DNA of 64,000 nt from Chrysomallon squamiferum (lineage: Eukaryota > Animalia > Mollusca): contig CM022665.1 in NCBI GenBank assembly GCA_012295275.1, forward strand, positions 45,322,001 through 45,386,000. The letters run 5' to 3'. How positions within the stretch are numbered: the first letter of the stretch is position 1; every line of letters begins with the position of its first letter. This document shows, piece after piece, positions 1 to 15,462 of this stretch. A program made the translations under genes and the position numbers. Below the pieces are notes generated by a model. It ran no database searches. It was given only the letters and a program-made list of their open reading frames with translations, and was not told where the DNA came from.

Positions 1-124
1 GTGACACACTAATCTACATTTTTCTCTAATCCCAAGAGTTGCGCACGTCACTGGAGTTTATTTAAATCTTATGTCAGAGTGGCCTCAATCAATGTCAAAC
101 TTCTATCAATAATAACCAGCAGAC

Positions 125-315
125 GCAGAATATAGCTCAGTGGTTTTACAAACGGCCTTGAAAGCCAGAGCGACTCGCAAGATCAATAATCCTTGCAGCA
201 GCTGTTAAGACTATTTCCTGTTCCTGCTGGTGCCCCCCAAGCCACTGTGTACTGAAATCACTGACCTTTCCAGACTCTGGGACGGTGCACGTTAAGAATA
301 CTTTCTGCTTCCAGT
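125..315 (+). mobile_element. Degenerate tRNA-derived SINE remnant
   Basis: A-box-like head TAGCTCAGTGG followed by a GC-richer body (CTATTTCCTGTTCC...CTCTGGGACGGTGCAC) resembling gastropod tRNA-SINE bodies as I recall them. Boundaries approximate. Confidence 0.45.
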
Positions 316-893
316 TATTTAAGACCTGATTTGGAAAAGAATGTTATTGTGAAGTGAAACCCACATCAGATGTATTCTGATGGAAAAATGCTAGAAATAA
401 TCCAGACTCACATCTTAAGATGATGAATTAGCTGTGAGAATAGCTATTAAAAAATGTACACAATTCAGGATTGATTTTCATGGTATACAATAAAGATTGT
501 GTAATACATGTAAGTAATAATAACAATGGATTAGTAAATGAAATAACACAGATATATATATATATATTTACAGATCAGTGATTATTGGTAAACAAGAATT
601 CAAAGACAAATGAGACATGTCAGTGTTGAGTCAACTAATCAATAAAATAATCAATTGTGATAACAAAATACATAAAACATTGACAATATAATCAATGAGG
701 CAAAAATAACTAGCAATTTAAAAATTAAAAAAGGTAATAATGATATATCAAAAATTATGATAATAATAATAATAATGTTGATGATGATGATGATGATGAC
801 AATGATATTAATAATGATGGTGATGATGATAATAATAATAATAAAATAATACTAAGAATAATAATAATAAGTAATAGCAACAACTGGTGTAAC

Positions 894-927
<34 letters not shown>

Positions 928-1519
928 TTAATAAAAATAAAAATAACAACAACAAGAACAACAATAAGAATAAAAATAAAAATAAGAATAAAAAATTAAG
1001 TAACTCAGCAGGGTATGCAGTGATTAAGTAATCATTCAGTAAACAGTCGACAAGTCCAGATTCTCAGTGAGTGTGTCACTGGAGAAAACAACAACAAAAA
1101 ATTTAATACTATCGTTACAGTCATACATAACACACAACATACAACATACTTCGAACCATAGAATTAAACTATAATGTGAAGATTATTATTATTATTATTA
1201 TTATTATTTTTAGTTTGCTGATAGAATGGTAGATTTGGTTATTTTCTAAAAAAAAAATAAAAAACAACAAACAATAATATTACATTAATTATACATGTTC
1301 TAGGTCATCCTGCGCACCTGCACCAACTTTAATTCAGCTTGGTTGCGGTTGCATTAAACCAGGCTATGTCATTTTATTACATAAACTCTCAGACTGTTTT
1401 AGGCACCAAAAGCTGGGCAATCAAAGTCTTGAAGGGACAGAGCAGAAGTTGAAAAACAACACATTCAATATAAAAAACAAATTAAAAAAATACCCAGCAA
1501 TAAAGATAAATATCAGTAC

Positions 1520-1660
1520 ACCGGCTGATGCACTGGTTAGGTATGAATGATTAGGTTCTGGGTTCAAATCCTCATACCAGACCCATGGCAAACAGGATGT
1601 GGTGGGTCTATTTCTTCATCTCTTTTCTGACCAGTGTTCTAACAAACTGACATATGGTTA
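1520..1660 (+). mobile_element. Degenerate tRNA-derived SINE remnant
   Basis: Pol III B-box GGTTCAAATCC at ~1562-1571 with an upstream A-box-like stretch, in a GC-richer island. No tRNA cloverleaf is apparent. Confidence 0.4.
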
Positions 1661-4073
1661 ATTGTCAAATACTCTGAATAGCTTTCAGAACAGTTTTGAT
1701 CTAATTAAATAAAACTGTGCCAGTAAACAACATGTTTATTTTCTGGTTTTTATAAGTGGTGGGATAAAACAACATTTGCATAGCTAATGAATGAACGTTT
1801 GTGTGCAAATGCAGCACATTTGTAAACCAGAAGTCATTGTGACAAAAATACACATAAAGTACATATAACCACTTGTGTGTGTGTGTGTGTGTGTGTGTCT
1901 ATACAGCTGTTGACATTGTTTATAAATAGCTGCTTTATAGTAACATTATTACTTCGATGTTGCATAATAATAAATTTACATATAAAAGCAAAATTTTATA
2001 TATATATATACACACACATATACACACACATTACACACACACACATAGATATATTCATGCATACATAGATACCTTCATGCATACATGCATACATGCAAAT
2101 ATACACACACACACACGTACATACATACATACATACATACATACATACATACATACATACATACATACAAACATACATATATATTATTTAATATATCAAG
2201 ATAAAAAAAATTAACCAGCAACTCTCTTAAAATATCAGATTTATCCTGCGAAGGTTAGAATGTTGAATGGATAACAATTATTTCTTCCGAGTAGTTTTAT
2301 TTCATTTTGCCTTTAAAAATTCTAAAAAATAACAACAGATTATAAATTTTTAAAATGATCTTTTATATATATATCTTTGTATATGTATGTAACAAGCAAT
2401 TTATTGAGATAAAAATAGTTCCATCCCAGAAATCTATATTTTTGGCAGTGACAGAAAAAAAACACAAATCTACACAGTCATCATACAAAGCCACTATTTA
2501 TAGTGATTACACTTTATAAGACCTCTTCTTTTTTTTATCCTTCTTTTCTAGTGAAAAATAACTTTACTCAAGTAGATAATTACATTACAATAAAAATAAA
2601 TTAATAATAATAAACTGAATAGATTTCTATTAACCGTGTAATGATATATTCATATTTCTACTGGTTAACCTGAAGTTTTGATTATGGACGTTCAAAAAGA
2701 AAGAAATGAATTTGCACTGCATTGCCATATTGCATTGATTTGCCATCTTGAAATAACACATTAACTCTTGGAGATAAATTTTTTGTCTTTTTAGAAAAGT
2801 TGAAAAAGGTGAAAATTACAGTCACTTTTATATTCTTGCACTTGGACACCTAGCATATGCCAGTATGTGAGAGAAAAAAAAAAAAAAAAAAAATTAAAAA
2901 CAAAAATCACCTCTATACTTTTTAATATTTTAATACTGGGTGTTAAAAGTTTTTAATATTGTAATATCAGGTGTTAAAACATTTTAATTTTTTTAATATC
3001 AAGTGTTAAAATACACTGTTATTATTTGGGTGGGTTTTTTTTGGGTGTTTTTTTTTCAAATAATGAATTTAATAAATGTTTAGTAATAACTCAAATCTTA
3101 AATAATAATAATAAAATGAACTCTACAAAGAACTTGGTGAATTTAACAACAACAACAACAACAACAACAACAATAATAATATTAATAATAATTTACCTCA
3201 AAACATTAATCTCTTAAAAGATTTAAAAGTTCTTTTTACTTCAGTCATTTATAATTTCGGGAGTTTTACTCAAGGCTAAAAGCTTTACTATCAAAAGAAC
3301 TCATCTAGATTACTATTTGTGATAAAGTGAATCAATGTAAGTTAATATTTTATAATATATCATGTTAAACTGGCAAAAGGTATGCAAAAACAAATTCTTA
3401 AAATGCAAATATTTACAAATAACATTTCAGCACCAAAAAATGCATATTGTGTCAGAGTACAAAAAAATAAAATAAAATAATATAAAAAATAAACAAATAA
3501 AAGCTATTATTTAAGAAAGAAATTAAGAAATAAAATTAAAATGTTTTATTACTTATCTGTTTCCATTCGAAAACTTTATCTAAATACCATTTATCATTTA
3601 TTAAATTTTTAAAACAGCCTTGAATAAAAAAAAAATTTAAAAAAATTAAAACCCCCAAAAAAAATTAGGGAAAATAAAATTAATTCTTCTCTATTTTTGC
3701 ATAAATATTAATCTTCATATTTAGGATTTGAGAAAAATACTGAACAGACATCTGAGAAGTAGCTAGGTGTGTTTTTTGAAATAAAATCAGTTTAATGAAA
3801 AAGCAAAATTACAGGAATAAAAATCAGAGAATCTGCTTATTTTATTTACACTGATTTGATATTCAACTGCACCCCCATTGCATCTAAATTCATCTGCGCC
3901 ACCCTCAATGTGCCTCAAACTCCCATTGCTAAACAATTATTTGTATACAAAACTGGTTAATGTTAGTTTTAACATTTCTTTTTTTTTTTTTTTCACCTAG
4001 ATAAAAATTAGATTTTTTGGAAACATTTTTCTTTCATGTTCTGAAGAAAGTATGACCTTTGTTAACACCAATG

Positions 4074-4109
<36 letters not shown>

Positions 4110-4479
4110 AGAAGAAATTTTTTTTTTGAAAAAATGTCTTTAAAAATGATTTAAGATTTGTACATGTTGAAATTCAAGTGTATTCTAGAAAGTTAGACCT
4201 TGTTTGTTTTAAATTTGACAGTGTGTGGGTGTAAGGGCAATAGAGGCATGAGAAATGAGTCTACAGTGAGAAGTAAACCATTAGCAGTTTACAGCCAATG
4301 TTATGTAGCTTGATTGTTTTGTAAAGTGTTGAAAAAAAACAATAAATCAGACATTGTGTTGACTTTTCAGGTGACCGACAACAACAAACTGAACAATCAT
4401 TCTGTCTGCTGGTTAGATAGAATTATGTTCATGGTTTTAACTTTAAAAAAAATAAGAAAAAAAAAAAAAAAAAAGAAAG

Positions 4480-4860
4480 AAAGAAATTTAACTGAATAGT
4501 AAATTCATTCTAATTGGAAACATGTATGATGTAGGAATAACTTTGAGACAAAAAAAAAAAAAAAGGATTTTAACTGAAGTATTGTAAATTCATTCTATTT
4601 AGAAACACATGCAATTATATGAAAATAACTCTTTTTTTTCTGTAAAAAGGAATTTAACTTAAGTATTGTAAATTCATTCTATTTAGAAACACATGCAATT
4701 ATATGAAAATAACTTTTTTTTCTGTAAAAAGGAATTTAACTTAAGTATTGTAAATTCATTCTATTTAGAAACACGTAAGATATATAAATAACTTTTTTCT
4801 TTTTTTTTTATAAAAAGGAATTTAGTTGAGGTATTGAAATTCATTCTGTCTAGAAACATG
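4480..4860. repeat. Tandem repeat, ~83-bp unit, ~5 degenerate copies
   Basis: Recurring GGAATTTAACTTAAGTATTGTAAATTCATTCTATTTAGAAACAC. Confidence 0.8.
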
Positions 4861-5136
4861 ATGCATGAATACCAATTTAAATAATTTCACGTGGTGGTGG
4901 TGTAACAAATACAGTTCAGTTTACACACGAAAGTCCAGTACAAACTAGTCTAACTAACTTGATTTGACTGCTCTAAATTCTACTTTCGTGAATGCATGAA
5001 TCAAATTTCTCATATTCTGATAGCTTGGGGGTAATTATAAGTTCAGGTTGAGCAATTCTGAAGCGAAAAAAAATCTCATTTAAACTTTTTTTTTTTTTTT
5101 TGAAAAATAAGAAAACAATCCCCCTCAACAAACAAA

Positions 5137-5172
<36 letters not shown>

Positions 5173-5324
5173 AGAAAAAGCTTCCTACAGTTATTGTTAA
5201 GCTCTGGTATGCTATTAATACATGAAGATATTGATCATGACAGAATGCAAAATTGCTTTAGATCCAGTTGTGCTTGTTTGTTTTCTCTGCTTTACATCTT
5301 TTAAAATATACACTGACAGCTTAT

Positions 5325-5575
5325 TAAAACTGAAATCAGTAAACATACTGTCTACTGTTCTGTATAAAACATGATCTAGTATAATGTTGAGAACAGTCCA
5401 TACTTGTGTTAAAACTGAATTCTGTGTACATAGTTTATTGTTCTGTGTAAAACTTGATCTAGTATATAATGTTAAAAACAAGCCATATTTAACTTGTATT
5501 AAAACTGAATTCAATTCATGAATAGTTTATTGTCCTGTATAAAACTTGATCTAGTATTATACTGAAAACTGTCAA
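5325..5575. repeat. Degenerate tandem repeat, ~90-bp unit, ~3 copies
   Basis: Recurring TTAAAACTGAATTC...TAGTTTATTG...TAAAACTTGATCTAGTAT. Confidence 0.65.
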
Positions 5576-6344
5576 AATATAATGTGCATTATTTAACGCG
5601 GCCTCAAATCATGGCAGGGCAGTACATACCTGATATTTACAATAAACCCAGCACACAGACATGTATGTATTATCCTGCCTAAATGACTCCCTGTCCTATT
5701 CATATTCACACTTCCTGGCCTGGCCTTGAACCATCACACCATCTGACCTAAATCTATCACATTTTTACACAATAAAGTGACAAGAATAAGGAAACTTTAT
5801 TTTTATTTTTTATAGTGTCCTTGACACGTAAGGTAGCTGATGGGCAATTTCTCTGAAAAATTTAAATCTTTTGCTCACTCCCATCATTCACTCAAAAGCT
5901 GTAAAGTCTGAAACAGCAAACTGCTCTAGAACAACAAAACCAGCGTTTCTGCAGAGAACTTTCCAGAAAGAAAAACCACAATTCAAATTTAAAAAAAACG
6001 AAAACAAAAACAACTAGAACTGGGCATGTTATTTAGTAACTAACAGACTGTAAACTTTTATTTATTTACATCATAAGTAATGGCAGAAACATTTTTTTAA
6101 GAGCTTTTTTACGTCATATTTACATCACAAAGTAATACTCTGTAGCTAATGTTAGTGTCCTACTTTTTTACCTCTGAAGCAGAATGAACTAGAGAGCTCT
6201 GAAAGCAAAATTACATGCCACTAAAACGTCACCATGGCACTAATTCCATTGCACTAATTCGTCACCAATGGTTGTTAATAAAAATGAATGAAGTTAAGGT
6301 TAGTAGGATGTACAGAAATCCCAATTTTGTTCAGTCACTGTCTT

Positions 6345-6376
<32 letters not shown>

Positions 6377-7317
6377 TTTTAAAAGCCAGAATTAAGAAAA
6401 AATATTCTTGCCAATTTTCTTGGGACATATGGCTGTTTTTTTTTTTTTTTTTTTTTTTTTCCAAAATATTAACATAAAACCAACATCTTGGCACATATGA
6501 GTTGAATGTCCAGATTTTTTATATTTTTGTATTTTTACTTTTTTGGGAATGGGAATTTTTTCTCTCTTAAAAAAAGATCTCAAAGGCAAGTATCTTAAAG
6601 CTCTTTTGGGTCTGAATGCTTAGAAAATAGATACAGACACAAGAAGAGGAATTAAAAATATTTTCAAAATGGCAGCTTCCAGACACAATTTAAATGAATT
6701 CAGAGAATAATTTAACAGATTTTAATCAAGGTGTTTGTTTCTGAACAGTTTAACAGTGATTATATTAAGCAGATCAAATGGATTGTTTACTTGCTACAGG
6801 AATGTCTAACTTAAAAGACAGTGACTGATCTCTGATGAAATAATTGATGTAAAAAATCTTTACCTTCACTTTGGTCACTCTCAGATACATTATTCTCCCC
6901 TGCAATGGACATTAGTTTTGTTTTAATTCTTTCTTAACTTATTATCTACCTAAATAACTTTTTATTATTATTATTACAGAGAGAAAAAGAAGAAGAAGAA
7001 GAAGAAGAAGAAGAGAATGTAAAGAATATGAAGAAGATGATGATTATAGTGAATGATGAGACAGAGAGAGAGAGAAGAGAGAGAAGTATGAGAGAGATAC
7101 CTAAAAGAGAAAGAACTGGTTAAAAGCAAAATGTTTGTTCTGTTTTTAAACCTATAATCTTTTAGTCTGAAAAAGAAACAGTAATTTTAATGTTTTTCTA
7201 ACTACAGAGCAGTATCTTTACTCACAACCTGAAAATAATTATCTTTGTAATAACTATTTCAAAGAAAAAAAAAAAATAATAAAAAAATAATAATAAAAAA
7301 TTAAAAATACTAAAACA

Positions 7318-7349
<32 letters not shown>

Positions 7350-8983
7350 CAAAAACTACAACATACATTAAAAAAAAATATATATATATATTTAATGATT
7401 AAAATAATAATAATCATGGTTAAAGACTTTTATTAATGTAACGAAGAAGACTGTTAAAATAAGTTATTTATAAAAGTGTATTTTGTACGCTCTTCATCAT
7501 TCTAAAAAGTAAAGCTTCAAAGTGACAACAAACCTAGGCTGAGAAAAGAAAGAATTGCTTTTAAATACTTGAGGATAAACTGCTGCAAAACATTCAATGA
7601 TTTATTCACAGCAACTGAAATATCTAGAGGCAATTTATATAAAAAAAAAAAAAAAAAAATTATTTTAAATATCTCTTGCACTTTGCAAACATAGAAAAAA
7701 ATAATGAAAATATTTCAAACATTCAGTTCTGTTTAATGATCCAACAAAATTTGTATCGGTGATAAATCAAATAAAAAACAAAAAACAAAACAGAATAATG
7801 TTTATAATTATTGTATCTTCAGGTACCTCTGTGTGTAAATAATGATCTCAAATGTATTATTATTACTATTATTTTTAATAATCTACATGAGGTTAATCAT
7901 GTCCATTATCTTTAAGGCATCATTTAACCCATTCCTTGTGACAAATAACCAGATATATATGTATCTCCATTAAAAATATTTCTTACTGTTAACTGTAGGA
8001 AGTGGACTTATCCTACAAAAGAAAACACACCCCAAAAACCTTCTAGTTATCCTGTGAGAAGTTGACACATTCTCAGAGGTTCCCAAACAGTGTATCAGGC
8101 CAGTATTTGCTGTCATCTAGTCTAGTTGGTGTTGTTGGAAATTTAATTATGCAGTGAAAAGGGGTTAAAAGAGAATTCTTGCATGGTCCTTTGATAAACG
8201 AGATTTCAGGTGACAGTCTATAATGCAGAACCAGCCCAGTGGGAGATTCAGCTTTCTCCCATGTGTGTGTGTGTGATGTTACAGAAGATATTTTTTTTAA
8301 AACAAGAGAAAAACCTTTCCATTTTAACAACAATTAATAATAATAAATAATAATAATAATAATAATAATAATAATTAAAAAAAAAAAAAATAAATAAAAT
8401 AATAAAAATAAAAAATAAAAATAAAAAAATAATAAAAATAAAAATAATAATTAAAATAAAATAAATTTAAATAATAAACAAATAAATAAATAAAAAAAAG
8501 TGATAAATTGAGTCATTTTGCTTCCAGTGTTTTAAATAATAATAATAAAAAAAAAAAAAATAAATTAAAAAATCAACAAATAAATAAATTATTAAAAAAA
8601 AAAGGTGATAAATTGAGTCATTTTGCTTCCAGTGTTTTAAATCTCAACAACGCAGGAGAATTTTTTTTTCATAAAATTCGAAAAAAAAAAAAAAAAAAAA
8701 AAAAAATTTCGTAACAAAACACTGAAATATCAGCATTTGTACTAGAAAATAAATCTAAATAAAATATTATCTTTATCACTTTGCACCAGTTTCTCTTTGT
8801 ATTTCTTTTTTACAACTGTGGTAGTGATAGCTTTTTAACATATTTTCTTGTTGACTTAAATGTACTTAATGGAACCAAATATGATCTGTTTACGCCAGAA
8901 AAATGTTTAAAGTTTTGTGATTATTGACAAAAAAGAAACAAACAAACACACACATTTACATAAAACAATAATAATAATAATAA

Positions 8984-9018
<35 letters not shown>

Positions 9019-9304
9019 CAAAATAAATAAATAAATAAACAAATAAATAAATAAATAAAAAATTAATTTTATTGGGATGGTAAATTCATGACAGACACAC
9101 ACACAAAATAATCTCATACATACTGTTGATTAATTCTGTAATTTCCTAATTTACCAGTTCATTCTCTTTTATCACATAAAAACTTTCACTTACACTCGAA
9201 TATCAACAGGAAAAACTAAAATTATAAAGTCAAACACCCACAGAAAAGAACTTTCCAGTATAAGGATCCAAATAATAATTACAAATGTAAGAAATTCACA
9301 AACT

Positions 9305-10015
9305 TTACAAATATGTGGATCTATGTTTACATCAGTTTTACAAAGATGTAGACCTATGTTTATGTCAATTTTACAAAGATGTGGATCTATGTTTACATCA
9401 GTTTTACAAAGATGTGGATCTATGTTTATGTCAATTTTACAAAGATGTGGACCTATGTTTACATCAATTTTACAAAGATGTAGACCTATGTTTACGTCAA
9501 TTTTACAAAGATGTGGACCTATGTTTACATCAATTTTACAAAGATGTGGATCTATGTTTATGTCAATTTTACAAAAGTGTGGACCTATGTTTACATCAAT
9601 TTTACAAAGATGTAGATCTATGTTTACGTCAATTTTACAAAGATGTGGACCTATGTTTATCAATTTTTACATCATGTTTTCAATTTTAAAAAGTTGTGGA
9701 TCTATGTTTACATCAATTTTACAAAGTTGTGGACCTATGTTTACATCAATTTTACAAAGTTGTGGATCTATGTTTACGTCAATTTTACAAAGTTGTGGAT
9801 CTATGTTTACGTCAATTTTACAAAGATGTGGATCTATGTTTACGTCAGTTTTACAAAGTTGTGGATCTATGTTTACGTCATTTTGACAAAGATGTGGACC
9901 TATGTTTACGTCAATTTTACAAAGATGTGGACCTATGCTTACATCAATTTTACAAAGATGTGGATCTGCGTTTACGTCAATTTTACAAAGATGTGGATCT
10001 ATGTTTACATCAATT
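9305..10015. repeat. 33-bp minisatellite, ~21 copies, in SYAP1 intron
   Basis: Unit TGTGGATCTATGTTTACATCAATTTTACAAAGA with one interruption near 9660-9690. It explains the overlapping 11-aa-periodic ORFs in the track. Confidence 0.95.
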
Positions 10016-10277
10016 CGGTGTATGGAAACAATCGAATACACAAGATTTTCAACTTGTTTATAAATAATCACAACTATTAGTGCTTGCATGTGTTACATTT
10101 TCACTGTGTTTAACTTAATCTCTATCCCACTGTAACTGATTTAACAGTTTGTCGTCAAAGCAACAAGTTTAAGAAGTTGCAGGAGGTAGATCACATATGG
10201 CATATAATATTTTTGTTCTTTAGTATTTTTTAAACTGTATCAAATTTTATTTTATAGATTAATCTTGCCTCTTAGTA

Positions 10278-10316
<39 letters not shown>

Positions 10317-11080
10317 TAACTCAGTCTATTTATACAATTTCCTGGACTCAGTCTGAAGTGATTAATATCGATATCATTTTGAACCCCCTTACAATAATAA
10401 TGCAAGGGACATAATTTTATTACTCTTCAAATCCACAGTTTGCAATTTACAGACATTGTTTGAAGTATAATTCCTTAATTTTACTTCTGTTTAGTCTATA
10501 TTTAACCAGACAAAATAACATTTATGGGAGAATTTTAAGCTTACCCATTTGAATTTTAATAAAATGCCAGAAATAAAGAAATATTTGACTGATTTCCCCC
10601 ATCAGCTTTTTCAGAGGCAGTTTCAGGACAAAGTGCATGGTTTCCCAGTGTGTATTAATGACATTTTTAATCAGCAAAACTTCAAAAATAAATTGATGGA
10701 TACTTTAAAGAGGATACAGTTATGATCATGCAGTGCTTAACTCACAGATATCTCTCACATTTAGTAATTTACAGTTTTTAATCTGGGTTTCAATTTTAAA
10801 ACAATAAATATTTTTATTTTTTTTATTTTAATTTAAATCAAATTTTTAATTCATGTGTGAAACTAACAGAGATAGTCAGGTTTCTTCCACTTAAACAACG
10901 TTTTGCTTATTTTCTGAAATCAGTTTTCAACTGTTTAAAAATAGTAGCTAAATTTTGAAATTGATTTATTAACAACAACAAACTGCAGACAAAACATAGT
11001 AATGGAATGTTTTTCTTGCTGTGCCAGCCAACAACTTAACTGATGTTCTTTCTTAAACATATGTACATTATTACAACAAG

Positions 11081-11134
<54 letters not shown>

Positions 11135-11660
11135 TGTTTGTGTGTGCATGTGTGTATGTGTGTGTGCAATATAACACAATTTTTGGACAGTAAACATTTA
11201 CAGAGCAATAACTAAGAGTGACAGAAATGTTATTACATTTGTCTAGAAGACAAATAATGAAAAAAGAAACAGTATTTATCAATATCTATTAATTTGTTAA
11301 GAAACATAACACATTTAAAACTGTGTTCCTAGGACACAGTGAAATTGTAATTAATATTACTGGCAGAATTTACGAGCCAATGATTAAGAATAACAAAAAA
11401 AAAAATCACACAAAAAAAATAAAATAAAATAAAATAAAATATATATATATATATATATTCTTTCTAATAATGTATTAAAAAAATTAAATTAAAATAAATA
11501 CAGTTTATATTTCTAACCAGTAAAGTATAAAGTGGTGTAATAAAATAAAATATTCTTTATAATAAAAAAAAAAAATAATAATTTAAAAATATAGTAAAAA
11601 TATATATTTCTAACCAGTAAAGTACAAAGTTTAATAGAACAAGATTCTTTCTAAACTAAC

Positions 11661-11953
11661 CTTTCTGTTCACTTCCTGTTGAAGATCTACGCGAACTCTC
11701 GCTGGATCTGTTTTCTCCTGTTGACCCTGCGGTTAAAAAATTAATTAACAAACATCTGTTTAATTACAGAAAAAAATTTCTTTCTTTTCATTATTATTAT
11801 TATTATGATTATTATTATTAAATAGCTATAACCCTTCCAGAAACCACTTGGCTGTAATATTCCTTCTGACTCAAGCTTCCAAAAATAACAGGATAATTAA
11901 AACTTTAATAATCAAAAATATTTTTATCTCAGTTTTATCTCAGTTTTTTGTGC

Positions 11954-12050
<97 letters not shown>

Positions 12051-12104
12051 TGTCTGTGTGTGTGTGCATCTGTGTGTGTCTTTGTGTGTGTCTGTGTGTG
12101 TGTT

Positions 12105-12160
<56 letters not shown>

Positions 12161-13876
12161 ACCTGTAGTTTGAGCCAGGGAGGTGAGCTGAGTAGATTGT
12201 TTGATGAGAGAAACACGATAGAAGTAGTTTCTCCAAAACACATCTTCCTTCACCCTATAGAAAAATAATTCAAAACTTGTGTCTGTGACTGGAAAACATT
12301 TTTTTTTTTTTTTTTAAATCCGCTTAATTATTTTGAAAATAATGAGATATTTTTAATATCCACCAAATTATTAAAAAAAAAAAAGTAGAAAAAAAAAAAT
12401 AAAATAAAATAAAATAAAAAAACAATAATAATAATAATAATAAATAAATCAACAAATAAATAAATAAATAAATAAATTAAAAGAATAAAAAATAAATCAA
12501 CATTTATATTTCTTCAAAATTAATTTGATAAAAAAAAAAATTCTGCAAAACAATGCACTTCTTTTTCTTCACGTCAAAATCCATCAGTAACTACAGCACA
12601 GAGATACTGTCTAGATTTCCCAACATTAGTATCAGTTTAGTTCATTAATGGCAAACAAAAAAAAAAAAAAATATATAAAAAAAATTAAAATTAATTAAAT
12701 CACAGCTGGCAACCTTCACAAAAAACGTAAAGTTATAATTAAATAATCTTACTGCTTGGGTACTAATTCGAATCTCATCTTCTGCAAATTAGGATCCTCC
12801 TGCAGGGTTGCCATGGCAACGGGCTGGACTGCATTGAAGTCGAACTGGAATTGGACTCCTGATGGGGGGTTTCTGACAAAGTTTCTTTTATCCTGCCAAA
12901 AAAAAGAAGATAAAAATAAAAATAAATAATAATAAATAATAATAAATAAAGAAATGAGAGAAGACATTTATAGCTATCATTCCAGTAAGGACTGCTGTAT
13001 AGCTAATTAGCATTTCGGAATCAGTTACATACACTTCCCCAGAACTGAATGTTCTATCCACTAACATGGAAAAAAAAGTACACACACACACTCACACACA
13101 CATATAATAATTTAAAAAAGTAATAATAAAAATTATATATATATATATATACACATATGATAATAAAAAAAACAATCATAAAATAAAATAAAATAAAATA
13201 AAATAACAAAAAATAAAATAAAATAAAATAAAATAAAATAAAATAAAATAAAATAAAATAAAATAAAATAAAATAAATAATAAAATAAAATAAAATGAAT
13301 GCTTAAATAAATAAATAAAATTTTACAAAAATTATTTTAAAAATAAAAGTCACAATAAAAACAAAATAACAAAAATATTAGAAATTAATAAATTAACAAA
13401 TAAAAAAAAAAAAAAAATCATCAAAATATCTGATACACTGTTGAAGTTGAAGCATTGCATAGTTTTAAAAACACACATATACAGACATACATGTACATTT
13501 ACATAAATCTATTAAAATTAATTATGTTAATTTATTCCAGTGACCTGTGACAGGGCCAGTATTTGTGCCTTCATGGTTTCTTCCTCATTGTAACCGACCC
13601 ATGGGGGAACTGCCGCTTCTTGGTGTTTCATCTTTTCTTGATTTTCGGCCACAAATTTCTCTTGTTCCTTTGCAAAATTACCAAGCATTGTCTGTAAATA
13701 AAATAATTAAAATATATATATATATATATATAAATCAATATATATTATACCTGCTTCCAAAATTTTCTGTAATATTTTGGTACAAAAAATTAAAATATAT
13801 ATCTATTTTTTTTTTTTTTTATACAAAATAATATATATTGTATCTGCTTACAAAATTTTCTGTAATATTTTGGTAC

Positions 13877-13909
<33 letters not shown>

Positions 13910-14229
13910 TTTTTTTATATTCAAAACAATATGTATTATATCTGCTTACAAAATTTTCTGTAAATTTTATTTTAAAAAATATATATATATTTTTATTTTT
14001 TTATACAAAACAAATATATTGTATCTGCTTACAAAACTTTCTGTAATATTTTGGAACAAAATGTGGGTTCGCAGAATTTTCATTCATATCAGAGTCGACA
14101 TTCAAAGCATCAGTTATTAATGATGGTTTATATTATCATCCATAGTTTGTGATGTAAGATATATAGTCACTTTTATAAAACAATAAGTTAACACAAAAAT
14201 TACCCAGAAGAATTATAAGCATAAAAAAA

Positions 14230-14262
<33 letters not shown>

Positions 14263-15120
14263 TTAAAAATTAAAAATTATAATAAAATAACAATAATAAA
14301 TAATTAATAATAATAATTTAAAAAAAAATTAAAAATAATAATAAAATAATAATAATAATTATAAAATAAAAATAAATAAATAACAATGAAAATAAAAAAT
14401 AAAACCAGGAAACAGAAAAAAGTCATAATTATAAAAATCTTTACATGAAATAACAAATCAAGACTAAAGTTAGCCTGAATAATTAGATATTATAGGAAGG
14501 AAAAAATTTAAAATATTTGTGATATTATATATTAAAAAAAAAATAAAATAAAATAAATAAATAAATAAATAAATAATAAAAATAAATACAAAAAATAAAA
14601 TAAAATAAAATAAAATAAGTTAATAACATCATATATTAAAAACAGGCTACATTAGAAATAAACAACAATTATAAAAACCTTTTCTTCAACAGAAGATTTC
14701 AGCTGCTTTGCTGTGTCTGCCATGGTTTTTCCTGCAGCTTTTCCAAAACTGTACAAGTAACCTGCAAAAATAACAAATTACTAAATTTTTTCTCTTAACA
14801 CTTTTTTTTACACAAAATATTAACACATAACAGAATTTAGTGCACTCTTCTTCATTACAGTTATTAATATTATCAAATAAATATAAATTTCCTAAAAAAA
14901 AAAAATAATAATAAATTAATTTTCGTAAATCACAGTCAAGTTCTGATCTAGATGAAAAACAAAATTATATATATATAATTTTATTACCAGTAATAATCAT
15001 TATCCAAAAACATATCAAACATTTTATTGTATAAATAAATATCCTCTCTATTTAAAAAAAAAATTAATTTCACATATAAACCTGTTTTTTGGCAGGTGTT
15101 GTTTATATATATATATAGGC

Positions 15121-15157
<37 letters not shown>

Positions 15158-15364
15158 TATATATACACACACATATATATAATATGATATGGAAATTGCT
15201 TTTAACTACTCATAATGCCTTTAATTTCCCATCTAGTTTTTTCTGAATAAACACATGAAAATCATGGTCTTTTTAAACTGCTGTAACTTAAAATCAGTAG
15301 AAAAATATTTTGTAATAATTTGGTTTATTATTATTATTATTTAGTTACAAATTTTCCGAATACA

Positions 15365-15462
<98 letters not shown>

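Noticed and set aside
125-1660. Possible tRNA genes at the A/B-box-like motifs (also minus strand near 51215-51250 and 62635-62670)
   Set aside because: No cloverleaf pairing visible; better explained as SINE remnants.
9190-10089. Cys/His-containing repeat proteins or a CRISPR-like array
   Set aside because: Head-to-tail 33-bp minisatellite with no unique spacers and no convincing splice sites or start context.
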